Positions 19,480 through 31,754 of a DNA stretch of 39,225 nucleotides are shown piece by piece. The stretch comes from a virus (Duplodnaviria > Heunggongvirae > Uroviricota > Caudoviricetes), in IMG/VR virus record IMGVR_UViG_2703718821_000012, positions 1 through 39,225 of that record; one strand, 5' to 3'. The position numbers and the translations under genes were made by a program. Numbering within the stretch: the stretch's first letter is position 1; each line of letters starts with the position of its first letter. The notes beneath the pieces are model-generated. The model was not told the DNA's origin. It saw only the letters and a program-made list of their open reading frames with translations, and searched no databases.

Positions 19480-19968
19480 ATGGCAGCACCAAAGGGCAAC
19501 CGATTTTGGGAGGCCCGCAGTAGTCATGGGCGAAACCCTAAATTCGAATCGCCTGAGGCGCTGTGGGCTGCTTGTTGTGAATACTTCGAGTGGGTGGAAG
19601 CTAACCCGCTATGGGAGATGAAGGCGTTCTCGTATCAGGGTGAAGTGATACAAGAACCTATCGCCAAGATGCGAGCGATGACCATTACAGGCCTCACTCT
19701 GTTCATTGATGTGACTCTTGAAACATGGCGCACATATCGCCTGCGAGAAGATTTATCTGAAGTCGTTACGCGAGCAGAGCAGGTCATCTACGACCAGAAA
19801 TTCTCTGGCGCAGCCGCTGACCTTCTCAACGCTAACATCATCGCCCGTGATTTGGGCCTCAAAGAGCAGTCGCAAGTTGAAGACGTGACACCTGATAAGG
19901 GAGATCGCGATAAGCGACGCTCTCGTATCAAGGAGCTATTCAACCGTGGAACTGGACGCGATTCTTGA
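19480..19968 (+). CDS. terS: Terminase small subunit (P22 gp3-like)
   Basis: 162 aa [72 protein letters not shown]..., matches P22 gp3 as remembered; contains pac-like sequence. Confidence 0.85.
   Translation: MAAPKGNRFWEARSSHGRNPKFESPEALWAACCEYFEWVEANPLWEMKAFSYQGEVIQEPIAKMRAMTITGLTLFIDVTLETWRTYRLREDLSEVVTRAEQVIYDQKFSGAAADLLNANIIARDLGLKEQSQVEDVTPDKGDRDKRRSRIKELFNRGTGRDS
19747..19774 (+). other. Candidate pac site for headful packaging (inside terS)
   Basis: GAAGATTTATCTGAAGTCGTTACGCGAG about 267 nt into terS; resembles the P22 pac site as remembered (sequence recall not verified). Confidence 0.45.
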
Positions 19969-21445
19969 TAACCTGAGCGACGAAGAGCAAATCGAGTTGC
20001 TCGAGCTACTCGAAGAAGAAGAGAACTACCGGAACACACACCTGCTATATGAATTTACGCCATACAGCAAACAGCGTGAGTTCATCGACGCCGGGCATGA
20101 CTATCCAGAGCGCTGTTTTATGGCTGGTAACCAGCTTGGTAAGTCATTTACTGGTGCTGCTGAAGTCGCGTTTCACCTTACCGGGCGTTATCCGGGCACA
20201 AAAGGCTACCCTGCTGATGGGAAATATGGCGGAGAGTGGAAAGGTAAGCGTTTCTATGAGCCTGTTGTCTTCTGGATTGGCGGCGAGACAAACGAGACTG
20301 TAACCAAAACGACTCAACGCATCCTGTGCGGTCGTATCGAAGAGAATGACGAGCCGGGCTACGGTTCCATACCGAAAGAGGACATCATTAGCTGGAAGAA
20401 GTCTCCTTTTTTTCCGAACCTTGTTGATCACCTTCTGGTTAAGCATCACACGGCTGATGGCGTTGAAGATGGCATTTCAATCTGCTACTTCAAACCATAC
20501 TCGCAAGGCCGCGCTCGCTGGCAGGGTGACACAATCCACGGCGTGTGGTTTGACGAAGAGCCACCATACAGCATTTATGGCGAAGGGCTTACCCGTACAA
20601 ACAAATACGGGCAATTCTCAATTCTGACGTTTACCCCTCTGATGGGGATGTCTGACGTTGTTACCAAGTTCCTGAAGAATCCCAGCAAGTCTCAGAAAGT
20701 GGTCAACATGACCATCTACGACGCTGAGCACTATACCGACGAGCAGAAAGAGCAAATCATCGCATCTTATCCTGAGCATGAGAGAGAGGCGCGTGCTCGC
20801 GGTATTCCTACGATGGGTAGTGGTCGAATCTTCCAGATACCGGAAGAGACGATTAAGTGTCAGCCGTTCGAGTGCCCTGATCACTTCTACGTAATTGGCG
20901 GGATGGATTTCGGATGGGATCACCCACAGGCGCAGGTTCAGCTTTGGTGGGATAAGGACGCAGACACAATCTACGTTTCACGCGTGTGGAAGGCGAAAGA
21001 AAAAACAGCTGTTCAGGCATGGGGAGCTGTTAAATCATGGGCGCATAAAGTGCCAACCGCATGGCCTCATGACGGAAACCAGCACGAGAAGGGCGGCGGT
21101 GAGCAGCTCAAAGGGCAGTATGCAGACGCTGGATTTATGATGTTGCAGGATCATGCGACATGGCCTGATGGCGGTAATGCTGTTGAGCCTGGAATCACTG
21201 AATTGCGCGACATGATGCTTGATGGTCGCTTCAAAGTATTCAACACCTGTGAGCCATTCTTTGAGGAGTTCCGCCTCTATCACCGTGATGAAAACGGGAA
21301 AATCGTCAAGCTTAACGACGACGTGCTATCCGCCGTTCGCTATGCATACATGATGCGCCGCTTCGCAAAAATGATGCGCGACATCAAAAAACCAAAAGAG
21401 AAAAAGATACCAGCCCCAATCAGGCCCATCGCACGGAGAACTTAA
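19946..21445 (+). CDS. terL: Terminase large subunit (P22 gp2-like)
   Basis: 499 aa starting (GTG) [78 protein letters not shown]...; Walker A-like GNQLGKS. Confidence 0.93.
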   Translation: MELDAILDNLSDEEQIELLELLEEEENYRNTHLLYEFTPYSKQREFIDAGHDYPERCFMAGNQLGKSFTGAAEVAFHLTGRYPGTKGYPADGKYGGEWKGKRFYEPVVFWIGGETNETVTKTTQRILCGRIEENDEPGYGSIPKEDIISWKKSPFFPNLVDHLLVKHHTADGVEDGISICYFKPYSQGRARWQGDTIHGVWFDEEPPYSIYGEGLTRTNKYGQFSILTFTPLMGMSDVVTKFLKNPSKSQKVVNMTIYDAEHYTDEQKEQIIASYPEHEREARARGIPTMGSGRIFQIPEETIKCQPFECPDHFYVIGGMDFGWDHPQAQVQLWWDKDADTIYVSRVWKAKEKTAVQAWGAVKSWAHKVPTAWPHDGNQHEKGGGEQLKGQYADAGFMMLQDHATWPDGGNAVEPGITELRDMMLDGRFKVFNTCEPFFEEFRLYHRDENGKIVKLNDDVLSAVRYAYMMRRFAKMMRDIKKPKEKKIPAPIRPIARRT

Positions 21446-23611
21446 ATGGCCGACGAAAACAGACTCAATTCCATTCTGTGTAAGTTTGACGCAGACTGGA
21501 TGGCGAGCGATGAAGCCAGAACCGAGGCGACAAATGACCTGTATTTTAGCCGAGTGTCGCAATGGGATGACTGGCTATCAAACTACACCACCCTGCAATA
21601 TCGCGGACAATTTGATGTTGTTCGCCCGGTGGTCAGGAAGCTGGTCGCAGAGATGCGCCGGAACCCTATCGACGTTCTATTCAGACCAAAAGACGGAGCT
21701 AATCCTGATGCTGCCGATGTGCTGATGGGGATGTATCGTACTGATATGCGCCATAACACGGCAAAAATTGCCGTTAACGTTGGCGTTCGTGAGCAGATAG
21801 AGTCCGGCGTTGGTGCATGGCGTCTGGTCACGCAGTACGAAGACAACGACCCAACAAGCAACAATCAGGTAATCCGACGCCTGCCAATCCATGAAGCCTG
21901 CTCACACGTCATATGGGACGCCAACAGCAAGCAGATGGATAAGAGCGACGCTAAGCACTGCACGGTGATTAACGCCTTGTCACGCAATGGCTGGAAAGAG
22001 TTCGCTGAGGATTACGGTATTGATCCGGATACCTTGCCATCTTTCCAGAATCCGAACGATACATGGCTGTTTCCGTGGGTATCGAATGATGTCGTCTACG
22101 TCGCTGAGTATTACGAGGTAGAAGAGAAGAAAGAGAACGTCTTCATCTACCGCGACCCGCTGACAGGTGAGCCAGTCAGCTATTACCAGCAGGATATCAA
22201 AGACGTCATCGACGACCTGGCTAATCGTGGATTCATTAAGGTAGCAGAGCGTAAGGTCAAGCGTCGGCGTGTGTATAAGTCGATCATCACCTGCACGCAG
22301 ATACTGAAAGACCGCGAGAAGATAGCTGGAGAGCATATCCCAATCGTTCCAGTGTATGGCGAATGGTCATTCGCTGGTGACAAGGAGTGCTACGAAGGAG
22401 TGGTAAGGCTGACGAAAGACGGTCAACGCCTTCGTAACATGATCATGTCATTCAACGCCGATATTGTTGCTCGTTCACCGAAGAAGAAACCGACCTTCTT
22501 CCCTGAGCAAATCGAAGGCTACGAATACATGTACGGTGGAAATGATGACTATCCGTACTATCTGCAGAACAGGACCGATGAAAACGGTAACGACCTGCCG
22601 ATTGGTCCAATCTCCTACATGGAAAACCCTGAAGTGCCGCAAGCCAACGCTTATATGCTTGAGGCTGCCACCAACTCAGTGAAAGAGGTGGCTAGTCTTG
22701 GTGTGGATGCGCAGGCAGCAAACTCTCAGGTCGCTTTCGATACCGTCAATCAACTGAACATGCGGGCAGACCTTGAGACATACGTGTTTCAGGATAACCT
22801 GGCTACCGCAATGCGACGTGATGGCGAGATTTATGCCTCAATGGTCAACGATATTTATGACGTTCCTCGTCATGTAACGCTGACACTTGAAGATGGTAGC
22901 GAGAAAGACGTTCAACTCTACGCGCAAGTTGTCGATTACCAGTCCGGTAATGTGGTCACACTCAACGACATTCGTGGTCGCTATGAGTGCTATACGGACG
23001 TTGGGCCATCCTTCCAGAGCATGAAGGAACAGAACCGCGCAGAGATTCAGGAGTTACTCACCAAGGTTCCGCAAGGTACTCCAGAGTTCCAGATGCTGAT
23101 GCTGCAATACTTCACGCTGCTTGACGGTAAAGGCGTCGAGATGATGCGAGAGTACGCGAACAAGCAACTGGTGATGATGGGGCTGAAGAAACCAGAAACA
23201 CCTGAAGAGATGGAGATGGTACAGCAGGCTCAACAGCAGCCGCAGCAGCCATCAGCAGAGCAAATTCAGGCGCAGGGTATCCTTCTGCAAGGTCAGGCTG
23301 AATTGCTCAAGGCAGAGAACCAACAGGCGCAGATTCAGGTTGAAGCCGCCAAGGTTGAAGCCCAAAACCAACTCAACGCCGCGAAGATTGCGGAAATCTT
23401 CAACAATATGGACCTCGACAAGCAGGCAGAACTGCGTGAGTACCTCAAGCTCGTAGGTCAATTCCAGCAACAGCGCAGCAAAGATGCTCGTGCTAACGCT
23501 GAGCTGCTTCTTAAAGATGCAGACCAGACTCATTCACAACGCATGGATTTCGCGAATCTTATGCGTCAAGTTCAAATCCCCTCCGGCGGAGTAGCCGAGA
23601 CACCTCAATAA
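21446..23611 (+). CDS. Portal protein (P22 gp1-like)
   Basis: 721 aa [43 protein letters not shown]...; Gln-rich C-terminal barrel region; order terL-portal-scaffold-coat. Confidence 0.93.
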   Translation: MADENRLNSILCKFDADWMASDEARTEATNDLYFSRVSQWDDWLSNYTTLQYRGQFDVVRPVVRKLVAEMRRNPIDVLFRPKDGANPDAADVLMGMYRTDMRHNTAKIAVNVGVREQIESGVGAWRLVTQYEDNDPTSNNQVIRRLPIHEACSHVIWDANSKQMDKSDAKHCTVINALSRNGWKEFAEDYGIDPDTLPSFQNPNDTWLFPWVSNDVVYVAEYYEVEEKKENVFIYRDPLTGEPVSYYQQDIKDVIDDLANRGFIKVAERKVKRRRVYKSIITCTQILKDREKIAGEHIPIVPVYGEWSFAGDKECYEGVVRLTKDGQRLRNMIMSFNADIVARSPKKKPTFFPEQIEGYEYMYGGNDDYPYYLQNRTDENGNDLPIGPISYMENPEVPQANAYMLEAATNSVKEVASLGVDAQAANSQVAFDTVNQLNMRADLETYVFQDNLATAMRRDGEIYASMVNDIYDVPRHVTLTLEDGSEKDVQLYAQVVDYQSGNVVTLNDIRGRYECYTDVGPSFQSMKEQNRAEIQELLTKVPQGTPEFQMLMLQYFTLLDGKGVEMMREYANKQLVMMGLKKPETPEEMEMVQQAQQQPQQPSAEQIQAQGILLQGQAELLKAENQQAQIQVEAAKVEAQNQLNAAKIAEIFNNMDLDKQAELREYLKLVGQFQQQRSKDARANAELLLKDADQTHSQRMDFANLMRQVQIPSGGVAETPQ

Positions 23612-23624
23612 GAGAGAGTTAATC

Positions 23625-24536
23625 ATGGACCAAACCACCGACATTCAGGCTTCTGAAGAATTAACCCTGCCCGGCAATCATGCAGCGGCATCTGCTGATG
23701 GCTTAGTTGTCGATAATGCCAACGACAACGCAGGTCAGGAAGAAGGCTTCGAGATTGTCCTGAAAGACGATGAGAAACCAAAACAAGACCCGGCAACTAA
23801 TGCTGAATTTGCCCGTCGCCGCATCGAACGCAAACGCCAGCGTGAGCTTGAGCAACAGATGGAAGCGGTTAAGCGGGGAGAGTTGCCGGAGCACCTGCGG
23901 GTGAACCCTGAGTTACCAAAACAACCAGACCCTAACGATTATCTTTCCGAAGACGCACTGGCTAAGTACGACTATGACCAGAGCCGCGCACTGGCTGCCT
24001 TCCAGCAGGCAAACAGTGAATGGCAGATCAAGGCTATGGACGCACGAAGCCAGGCTGTCGCCGAGCAGGGTCGCAAAACTCAGGAGTTCACCCAGCAATC
24101 AGCGCAATACGTCGAGGCAGCCCGTAAGCACTACGACGCAGCGGAAAAGCTCAATATCCCTGACTATCAGGAGAAAGAGGATGCATTCATGCAACTGGTG
24201 CCGCCAGCAGTCGGTGCCGACATCATGCGCCTCTTCCCGGAGAAATCCGCTGCTCTCATGTATCACCTTGGTGCTAATCCTGAGAAAACACGCCAGTTGC
24301 TGGCGATGGACGGGCAATCCGCGCTGATTGAACTCACTCGACTGTCAGAACGTTTAACTCTCAAGCCTCGAGCCAAACCTGTTTCAGAAGCCCCGTTACC
24401 TGATGAACCCATTCAGGGACACGCTGTTGCTGCAAATATCTCTGCGATTGAAAAGCAGATGGAAGCAGCAGCAAACAAAGGGGATGTAGAGACATACCGC
24501 AAGCTCAAGGCGCAACTGAATAAAGGAATTCGATAA
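23625..24536 (+). CDS. Scaffolding protein (P22 gp8-like)
   Basis: 303 aa; [18 protein letters not shown]...[31 protein letters not shown] and C-terminal [18 protein letters not shown] match P22 scaffold. Confidence 0.9.
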   Translation: MDQTTDIQASEELTLPGNHAAASADGLVVDNANDNAGQEEGFEIVLKDDEKPKQDPATNAEFARRRIERKRQRELEQQMEAVKRGELPEHLRVNPELPKQPDPNDYLSEDALAKYDYDQSRALAAFQQANSEWQIKAMDARSQAVAEQGRKTQEFTQQSAQYVEAARKHYDAAEKLNIPDYQEKEDAFMQLVPPAVGADIMRLFPEKSAALMYHLGANPEKTRQLLAMDGQSALIELTRLSERLTLKPRAKPVSEAPLPDEPIQGHAVAANISAIEKQMEAAANKGDVETYRKLKAQLNKGIR

Positions 24537-25831
24537 TGGCATTAAATGAAGGTCAACTGGTCACGTATGCTCTGGATGAAATCATCGAAACCGTCCAGAA
24601 CCTGACGCCAATGGCGTCCAAAGTGACAAAATACACCCCTCCGGCAGAATCCATGCAACGTTCAAGCAACACCGTGTGGATGCCTGTTGAGCAGGAAGCG
24701 CCAACTCAGACTGGCTGGGATTTAACTGGCAACGCAACCGGGATTCTGGAACTCTCCGTGAAGTGCAACATGGGCGATCCGGATAACGATTTCTTCGAGC
24801 TTCGTGCAGATGACCTGCGTGATGAGCGTTCTTACCGTCGCCGCATCCAGGCATCCGCCAAAAAACTGGCGAATAACATTGAGTCAGCAATTGCCAAACA
24901 GGCAACCGAAATGGGCTCACTTGTTGTTCACGATACCCGCGCAATTGGTCCATCTACTGGCCTGTCTGGTTGGGATTTTGTGTCTGATGCAGAGCGCCTG
25001 ATGTTCTCCCGCGAACTCAACCGCGACATGGGCATCAGTTACTTCCTGAACCCTGACGATTACCGCAAAGCAGGCCGCAACCTGGTAGATGGCGACATCT
25101 TCGGGCGAGTTCCTGAAGAAGCGTATCGCAACGGTACTATTCAGCGTCAGATTGCTGGCTTTGATGAAATCCTTCGCTCACCGAAACTTCCGGCAGTTAC
25201 CAAGTCAACCGCTACTGGTGTAACTGTTTCTGGTGCGCAGAAGTTTAAGCCGCAGGCATACACCCTTGATACCGATGGTAACAAAGAGAACGTCGACAAC
25301 CGTGTTGCAACGGTGACCGTATCCTCCACCACCGGATTTAAGCGCGGCGACAAAATCAGCTTCACTGGTGTGAAATTCCTGTCTCAGATGGCGAAGAACG
25401 TGCTGACTGATGACGCGACTTTCTCAATCACCCGTGTGATCGATGGTACTCACATCGAAATCACGCCGAAGCCGATTGCACTGGATGACGCGTCACTGAC
25501 AAAAGAAGAGAAGGCTTACGCTAATGTAAACACATCTCTTGCTAATACCACTCCGGTAAACGTTCTGAACGTGGCAACAACCACCGCTAACGTGTTCTGG
25601 GCTGATGACTCAATCCGTCTGCTGTCTCAGCCGATCCCGGTAACCCATGAACTGTTTGCTGGTATGAAAACGTCTTCCTTCAGCATTCCTGGCATTGGTG
25701 TTAACGGCATCTTCGCAACGCAGGGGGATATCAACACTCTGTCTGGTAAGTGCCGTATTGCTGTGTGGTATTCAGCATGTGCTGTACGACCAGAGGCAAT
25801 TGGTGTTGGTCTGCCTAACCAGACCGCGTGA
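24536..25831 (+). CDS. Major coat protein (P22 gp5-like)
   Basis: 431 aa [54 protein letters not shown]...[10 protein letters not shown] aligns along full length with P22 coat. Confidence 0.95.
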   Translation: MALNEGQLVTYALDEIIETVQNLTPMASKVTKYTPPAESMQRSSNTVWMPVEQEAPTQTGWDLTGNATGILELSVKCNMGDPDNDFFELRADDLRDERSYRRRIQASAKKLANNIESAIAKQATEMGSLVVHDTRAIGPSTGLSGWDFVSDAERLMFSRELNRDMGISYFLNPDDYRKAGRNLVDGDIFGRVPEEAYRNGTIQRQIAGFDEILRSPKLPAVTKSTATGVTVSGAQKFKPQAYTLDTDGNKENVDNRVATVTVSSTTGFKRGDKISFTGVKFLSQMAKNVLTDDATFSITRVIDGTHIEITPKPIALDDASLTKEEKAYANVNTSLANTTPVNVLNVATTTANVFWADDSIRLLSQPIPVTHELFAGMKTSSFSIPGIGVNGIFATQGDINTLSGKCRIAVWYSACAVRPEAIGVGLPNQTA

Positions 25832-25837
25832 TAACCA

Positions 25838-25863
25838 GAGGGAGCTTCGGCTCCCTTTTCTAT
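25838..25863 (+). terminator. Rho-independent terminator after coat gene
   Basis: Hairpin GGGAGC-TTCG-GCTCCC followed by TTTTCTATT. Confidence 0.6.
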
Positions 25864-25874
25864 TGGAGATACCA

Positions 25875-26462
25875 ATGAGCGTAATGATTTTTCAGGCTGG
25901 CGGAGATACCAAAATCTGGGGACGCAAGCTGAAAACGAAAACCGTTGATCCTGATGATGTAGCTGTGCACTTAGCAAATGGCTGGTATAAGCACCCTGAC
26001 GATGTTCCTGATGATCCTCTTGTTGGTGATCAAATTGGGAGTGTTGGCGGAGGTGAAACTTCCCCAGTTGATATGGGCGAAGTGTCCGACGGTTATCACA
26101 CTTTTAACGAGCTTTACGCTCACCGAGTGCGCCTCTTCTCATCGCTGATGCATGCTTACGCTGAGCTTTCGTGGTGGTCTCGCAAACACAGTGACGGTGA
26201 AGAGTGGGATGGCTGGATCATTGCTGGTATCACCACTCCAGAAGGCGAAATCACTTATCACCTACCTGTTGAAGAAATCGAGTTCCTTCCTGAAGGTACT
26301 GAGCTTGAGTTCGGGAAAGAGTGGGATGGTCATGAAGCAAATGATGTTCTTGGACGACTCCTGAGTTTGCGTCCGGCCATTGCAGAGCCAGAAGAAAAAC
26401 AGCGTAAAAAGACTGGTCGAAAACCTAAGGCGGCAGCAGATGAACCTGACAACGAAGGGTGA
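25875..26462 (+). CDS. Hypothetical acidic protein (195 aa) inserted between coat and gp4 genes
   Basis: ATG preceded by GGAG 8 nt upstream; [20 protein letters not shown]...[27 protein letters not shown]...[19 protein letters not shown]; no P22 counterpart recalled at this position. Confidence 0.6.
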   Translation: MSVMIFQAGGDTKIWGRKLKTKTVDPDDVAVHLANGWYKHPDDVPDDPLVGDQIGSVGGGETSPVDMGEVSDGYHTFNELYAHRVRLFSSLMHAYAELSWWSRKHSDGEEWDGWIIAGITTPEGEITYHLPVEEIEFLPEGTELEFGKEWDGHEANDVLGRLLSLRPAIAEPEEKQRKKTGRKPKAAADEPDNEG

Positions 26463-26940
26463 TTTAGTTCTTGCGGCATTACGTAAGCTCGGTGTGGCAT
26501 CAAATGCCACGTTAACCGATGTCGAACCGCAGTCTATGGAAGACGGCGTCAACGACCTTGAAATGATGATGGCTGAATGGCTTGGCGGTGATGCGTCACC
26601 AGGTATCAACGTTGGCTACATTTTCGCTGATGCAGATGTCGCTCCAGATCCTGGCGATGAACACGGTTTATCAAATAACGCTATCAATGCCGTCATTTTC
26701 AACCTTGCCTGCCGCATTGCTCCGGATTATGCGCTGGAAGCGTCTGCAAAACTTATAACCACTGCCAGATACGGGAAAGAGCGACTCGTCAAACTGTCTG
26801 CAATGGACAGAGCAAAAGCCGCTAAATGTAAGTCCGGTTATCCAAACCGTATGCCTGTTGGTAGCGGTAATCAGTTGGCGAAGTGGAAAGGTTGGAATTA
26901 CTTCCACCGGAAGGAACCTTGCGATAACGGGAGCGAATAA
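26440..26940 (+). CDS. Tail accessory / head-completion protein (P22 gp4-like)
   Basis: 166 aa [47 protein letters not shown]...[14 protein letters not shown] matches P22 gp4. Confidence 0.85.
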   Translation: MNLTTKGDLVLAALRKLGVASNATLTDVEPQSMEDGVNDLEMMMAEWLGGDASPGINVGYIFADADVAPDPGDEHGLSNNAINAVIFNLACRIAPDYALEASAKLITTARYGKERLVKLSAMDRAKAAKCKSGYPNRMPVGSGNQLAKWKGWNYFHRKEPCDNGSE

Positions 26941-28358
26941 TGTCGATTCAGCAACTTCCGCTTATGAAAGGTGTCGGGAAAGACTTCCGAAACGCCGACT
27001 ATATCGACTATCTGCCAGTGAATATGTTGGCTACACCCAAAGAAATCCTCAACAGCAGCGGATATCTTCGCTCATTCCCGGGCATTGCCAAACGTTCTGA
27101 TGTGAACGGTGTATCTCGCGGCGTCGAGTACAACATGGCGCAGAGTGCTGTTTATCGCGTGTGTGGGGGCAAGCTGTATAAGGGCGAAAGCGAAGTCGGT
27201 GATGTTTCCGGAAGTGGTCGCGTATCAATGGCTCATGGTCGGACATCTCAGGCTGTAGGCGTTAATGGTCAACTGGTCGAGTATCGCTATGATGGCACGG
27301 TTAAAACCGTCTCAAACTGGCCTAAAGACAGCGGTTTTACTCAGTATGAGTTAGGCTCAGTCCGCGACATTACACGCTTACGTGGGCGTTATGCGTGGTC
27401 AAAAGACGGCACGGATTCATGGTTTATCACTGACCCTGAAGACGAATCGCATCCTGACCGTTACAGCGCACAATATCGCGCAGAATCGCAGCCGGACGGT
27501 ATCCTCGGCATCGGAACATGGCGAGACTTCATCGTCTGCTTTGGTTCATCGACGATTGAATATTTTTCCCTGACTGGGGCAACCACCGTTGGTGCCGCTT
27601 TGTATGTCGCACAGCCATCACTGATGGTGCAGAAAGGCATTGCCGGAACTTACTGCAAAACGCCGTTTGCTGATTCCTATGCGTTTATCAGCAATCCGGC
27701 AACAGGTGCTCCGTCTGTATACATCATCGGCTCCGGTCAGGTATCACCAATCGCCAGCGCGAGCATTGAGAAAATCCTCCGCTCCTACACTGCTGATGAA
27801 CTGGCTGATGGCGTGATGGAATCTTTGCGGTTTGATGCTCATGAATTGCTGATTATCCATCTTGCGCGCCATGTCCTCGTATACGACGCATCTTCAAGCG
27901 CCAATGGTCCGCAATGGTGTGTACTGAAAACAGGCCTGTATGACGATGTGTACCGCGCTATCGACTTCATTTACGAAGGCAACCAAATAACGTGCGGCGA
28001 TAAGCTTGAATCGATGACAGGGAAATTGCAGTTCGATATCAGCAGCCAGTACGACAAGCAGCAGGAACACCTGCTGTTTACTCCGTTGTTCAAAGCAGAT
28101 AACGCCAGAGTTTTCGACCTTGAAGTTGAATCTTCAACTGGCGTTGCGCAGTACGCCGACCGCCTTTTTCTCTCTGCAACCACTGACGGAATCAATTACG
28201 GGCGTGAGCAGATGATTGAGCAGAATGAACCGTTCGTTTACGACAAACGCGTTTTGTGGAAGCGGGTAGGGCGCATCAGGAAAAATGTTGGCTTCAAATT
28301 GCGCGTTATCACGAAGTCACCTGTCACTCTGTCTGGCGCTCAGATAAGGATCGAGTAA
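26940..28358 (+). CDS. Tail accessory protein (P22 gp10-like)
   Basis: 472 aa, same length as P22 gp10; N-terminus [49 protein letters not shown]. Confidence 0.85.
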   Translation: MSIQQLPLMKGVGKDFRNADYIDYLPVNMLATPKEILNSSGYLRSFPGIAKRSDVNGVSRGVEYNMAQSAVYRVCGGKLYKGESEVGDVSGSGRVSMAHGRTSQAVGVNGQLVEYRYDGTVKTVSNWPKDSGFTQYELGSVRDITRLRGRYAWSKDGTDSWFITDPEDESHPDRYSAQYRAESQPDGILGIGTWRDFIVCFGSSTIEYFSLTGATTVGAALYVAQPSLMVQKGIAGTYCKTPFADSYAFISNPATGAPSVYIIGSGQVSPIASASIEKILRSYTADELADGVMESLRFDAHELLIIHLARHVLVYDASSSANGPQWCVLKTGLYDDVYRAIDFIYEGNQITCGDKLESMTGKLQFDISSQYDKQQEHLLFTPLFKADNARVFDLEVESSTGVAQYADRLFLSATTDGINYGREQMIEQNEPFVYDKRVLWKRVGRIRKNVGFKLRVITKSPVTLSGAQIRIE

Positions 28359-29206
28359 TGGCTGATTCGAATCTCAATGAGCCGGTAATCATTCAGGCTA
28401 CACGACTCGACACATCAGTCCTTCCACGCAATATCTTCTCGCAGTCATATCTGTTGTACGTTATCGCACAGGGTACTGATGTTGGTAACGTGGCGAACAA
28501 GGCCAACGAGGCCGGACAGGGCGCTTATGACGCACAAGTCAGGAACGATGAGCAGGATGTGATTCTGGTCGATCACGAAATTCGACTGGCATCGGCTGAA
28601 GCGAAGATACAGGACCACGAAACAAGGATCACTAACGCAGAAGCGGCGATAGTCGGCCTTGATTCACGATTAACGACAGCAGAAAACGATATTGATTACC
28701 TGACGGATGAAGTTGTCGCTATTCAAAACACGCTTTCAGACCATGAAACGCGCATCGATGCCCTGGAGTATGCCACTACTCGCAAGAAATCAGAGGTTGT
28801 TTACTCTGGCGTATCTGTAACTATTCCGACAGCGCCTACTAACCTTGTTAGCCTGCTGAAAACGCTCACGCCGTCATCAGGCTCGTTGGCACCATTCTTC
28901 GACACCGTTAACAACAAGATGGTTGTGTTCAACGAGAACAAAACCTTGTTCTTCAAGCTGTCGATCGTCGGGACGTGGCCCAGCGGAACCGCCAACAGAT
29001 CAATGCAGCTAACCTTTTCCGGCTCTGTTCCTGACACGTTGGTCAGCAGTCGTAATGCGGCGACAACAACCGATAACATCCTGTTAGCTACGTTTTTCAG
29101 CGTGGATAAAGACGGCTTTCTTGCCACAAATGGCAGCACGTTAACCATTCAGTCGAATGGTGCGTCGTTTACTGCCACAACCATCAAAATCATTGCGGAG
29201 CAGTAA
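28358..29206 (+). CDS. Tail needle protein (P22 gp26-like N-terminus with divergent C-terminal knob)
   Basis: 282 aa; N-terminus [68 protein letters not shown] matches gp26; heptad repeats then a different C-terminal domain. Confidence 0.8.
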   Translation: MADSNLNEPVIIQATRLDTSVLPRNIFSQSYLLYVIAQGTDVGNVANKANEAGQGAYDAQVRNDEQDVILVDHEIRLASAEAKIQDHETRITNAEAAIVGLDSRLTTAENDIDYLTDEVVAIQNTLSDHETRIDALEYATTRKKSEVVYSGVSVTIPTAPTNLVSLLKTLTPSSGSLAPFFDTVNNKMVVFNENKTLFFKLSIVGTWPSGTANRSMQLTFSGSVPDTLVSSRNAATTTDNILLATFFSVDKDGFLATNGSTLTIQSNGASFTATTIKIIAEQ

Positions 29207-29661
29207 TGATTCAGTTCAAACCAACGCGAAACATCGACCTGATCGAAGCAGTCGGAAATCACCCTGACATTATTGCCGGGAGCAACAACGGTGATGGATA
29301 CGACTACAAACCTGATTGCCGTTACTTTGAGGTGAACGTGCACGGGCAGTTCGGCGGCATTGTTTACTATCAGGAGATTCAGCCGCTAACATTCGATTGC
29401 CACGCCATGTACCTGCCAGAGATTCGCGGCTTCAGCAAGGAAATTGGGCTGGCGTTCTGGCGATACATTCTGACTAACACCACCGTTCAGTGCGTCACAT
29501 CGTTCGCCGCACGCAAATTCCGCCACGGGCAGATTTACTGCGCAATGATTGGCCTTAAGCGTGTCGGAACCATCAAGAAATACTTTAAAGGCGTGGATGA
29601 CGTGACTTTTTACAGCGCCACACGCGGAGAACTAATCGACTTCCTGAATCACGGGAGATAG
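29206..29661 (+). CDS. Virion assembly protein at the gp14 position
   Basis: 151 aa; assigned by synteny between needle and ejection protein genes; sequence not individually recognised. Confidence 0.5.
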   Translation: MIQFKPTRNIDLIEAVGNHPDIIAGSNNGDGYDYKPDCRYFEVNVHGQFGGIVYYQEIQPLTFDCHAMYLPEIRGFSKEIGLAFWRYILTNTTVQCVTSFAARKFRHGQIYCAMIGLKRVGTIKKYFKGVDDVTFYSATRGELIDFLNHGR

Positions 29662-29663
29662 CC

Positions 29664-30356
29664 ATGTTATATGCATTTAAGCTGGGCAGAAAACTGCGCG
29701 GCGAGGAACCTTATTGCCCTGAAAAAGGCGGGAAAGGTGGCAGCTCTGATAAAAGCGCAAAGTATGCAGCAGAAGCTCAGAAGTATGCCGCAGACCTGCA
29801 AAATCAGCAGTGGCAGACGATCATGAAAAACCTTGCTCCTTTCACGCCGCTTGCGGAGCAGTATGTTAACCAGCTTCAGAATCTTTCCAGTTTAGAAGGA
29901 CAGGGTCAGGCACTTAATCAGTATTACAACTCTCAGCAGTATAAAGACCTTGCAGGTCAGGCTCGTTACCAGAGTCTTGCTGCTGCGGAGGCTACGGGAG
30001 GGCTTGGTTCGACAGCCACAAGCAATCAACTGGCTACGATCGCGCCGACTCTCGGTCAGTCTTGGTTATCAAACCAGATGAGCAATTACAACAATCTGGC
30101 AAACGTTGGGCTTGGTGCGCTGCAAGGTCAGGCAAACGCTGGGCAGACATACGCCAACAACATGAGCAGCATTGCACAGCAAAGCGCAGCACTTGCCGCT
30201 GCTAATGCCAATAAACCATCAAGTCTTCAGACTGCAATTAGCGGTGGCACGTCTGGTGCGATTGCCGGTGCAGGTCTTGCCAGCCTTTTGGGAACATCAA
30301 CGCCTTGGGGCGCTGGCATTGGTGCTGGTATCGGATTGCTTGGCTCGTTGTTTTAA
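29664..30356 (+). CDS. Ejection protein (P22 gp7-like)
   Basis: 230 aa; Gln/Ala/Gly-rich with C-terminal hydrophobic GAGIGAGIGLLGSLF; synteny. Confidence 0.8.
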   Translation: MLYAFKLGRKLRGEEPYCPEKGGKGGSSDKSAKYAAEAQKYAADLQNQQWQTIMKNLAPFTPLAEQYVNQLQNLSSLEGQGQALNQYYNSQQYKDLAGQARYQSLAAAEATGGLGSTATSNQLATIAPTLGQSWLSNQMSNYNNLANVGLGALQGQANAGQTYANNMSSIAQQSAALAAANANKPSSLQTAISGGTSGAIAGAGLASLLGTSTPWGAGIGAGIGLLGSLF

Positions 30357-30365
30357 GGGGTAATC

Positions 30366-31754
30366 ATGGCTACTTGGCAAGGATCAAATGGCGGATTGTT
30401 AGCTGGTATCGGCGGCGTCAACTCAAACGCTCCGAGCGTAAATGAGATCGGCAATACGCTTCAGTTTATCAGGCAGAACAATGATATTGAGCGTTCAGGC
30501 GCTAACAATGTTGGGCTGACTGCTTTGCAAGGCATTTCAGGTATTACCGGGGTGTTTCAGCAGGAAAAGCAGGCTCAGCGGCAGAAAGAATTTCAGCAGG
30601 CATACGCTAATGCTTATGCGTCTGGTGATCGCGGTGCTTTGCGTCAGTTGGCTACTCAATATCCAGACCAGATTGAATCCGTTCGTAAAGGCATGGGATT
30701 CATTGATGAAGACCAACGCAATTCTATCGGCACCTTAGCGGCTGGCGCACGCCTTGCGGCATCGTCTCCAGAAGCAATGCAATCATGGCTGCAAAACAAC
30801 GCCAAGGAACTGACTCGCGTCGGTGTTGACCCTAACAGCGTTGCTCAGATGTATCAGCAGAATCCTTCAGGATTTGGTGAGTTTGTTGATCACCTTGGGA
30901 TGGCTGCTCTTGGTCCGATTGATTACTTCAATGTTCAGGACAAGATGGCTGGTCGTGAAATTGACCGAGGCAGGCTGGCAGAGACAATCCGCAGCAATCA
31001 GGCTGGAGAGGCGCTAACAGCACGAGGTCAGAACATCACGATGCGCGGTCAGGACTTATCTGCTTCTACTGCGCGACGTGGGCAGGATTTGGCAATGCAG
31101 CGAGCGTCAACAAGAGGAACCGCTGGGAATGATGAGCGTACAGTTCAGTTATCAGATGGCAGAACTGTAACGGTAGGAGGGAAGCTTCATGGCGCTGGGG
31201 CTAATGCGTTCTACGAAGGTATCGACAACGAGGGGAATATGGTTCGCGTCCCTGCCAGTTCAATCGCTGCGCCGGCAACATCGTCTGCATCAGCACAAAA
31301 CTATGCCATGAAGAAGGATATCGACGCGATCGCAAATGCAGACGCTTCTGCTCTCGATTTCATGACAGGAATGACAGGCGGTGCAGGTAATCCAGCAATT
31401 GGTGCTGATGTTCGCAGCCGATTAACGGGAAAAGAGCAGCGCCAGTTATATAACTCAGCACAACGTATTCAGGGCAGAATGCAGAATCAGGGTGTGGCGG
31501 CAGCAAGGGACATGGGTGCCAGTGGTATTAACACCGTTGCAGAAGCGAAGATGTATTTTCAGGGGATGCCGCAGGTTGACTATTCAAGCCCGGAGGCTAT
31601 GCAGCAGTCGATTCGTGAGATTCAGGAATACACCAACAATTACAACCAACAATATAACGTTAATGTTGGTAAATCTCAGCGGAAGCAATCTCAACCTGCA
31701 CAGGTATCACAGCCAGCAGCCAGCAGTAACTTTTCTTCACTATGGGGTGATTAA
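30366..31754 (+). CDS. Ejection protein (P22 gp20-like)
   Basis: 462 aa; synteny and size close to P22 gp20 (471 aa). Confidence 0.75.
   Translation: MATWQGSNGGLLAGIGGVNSNAPSVNEIGNTLQFIRQNNDIERSGANNVGLTALQGISGITGVFQQEKQAQRQKEFQQAYANAYASGDRGALRQLATQYPDQIESVRKGMGFIDEDQRNSIGTLAAGARLAASSPEAMQSWLQNNAKELTRVGVDPNSVAQMYQQNPSGFGEFVDHLGMAALGPIDYFNVQDKMAGREIDRGRLAETIRSNQAGEALTARGQNITMRGQDLSASTARRGQDLAMQRASTRGTAGNDERTVQLSDGRTVTVGGKLHGAGANAFYEGIDNEGNMVRVPASSIAAPATSSASAQNYAMKKDIDAIANADASALDFMTGMTGGAGNPAIGADVRSRLTGKEQRQLYNSAQRIQGRMQNQGVAAARDMGASGINTVAEAKMYFQGMPQVDYSSPEAMQQSIREIQEYTNNYNQQYNVNVGKSQRKQSQPAQVSQPAASSNFSSLWGD

Noticed and set aside
23220-23340. Repetitive CAGCAGCC/CAGGC stretch that could look like a short repeat array
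   Set aside because: It is in-frame coding sequence for the Gln-rich C-terminal region of the portal protein, not a spacer-repeat structure; no CRISPR-like array exists anywhere in the window.
21980-24953. Minus-strand ORFs inside portal, scaffold and coat genes (21980..22336, 23252..23533, 23703..24317, 24582..24953)
   Set aside because: They are antisense to long, well-conserved structural genes, lack ribosome-binding sites and have low-complexity translations.
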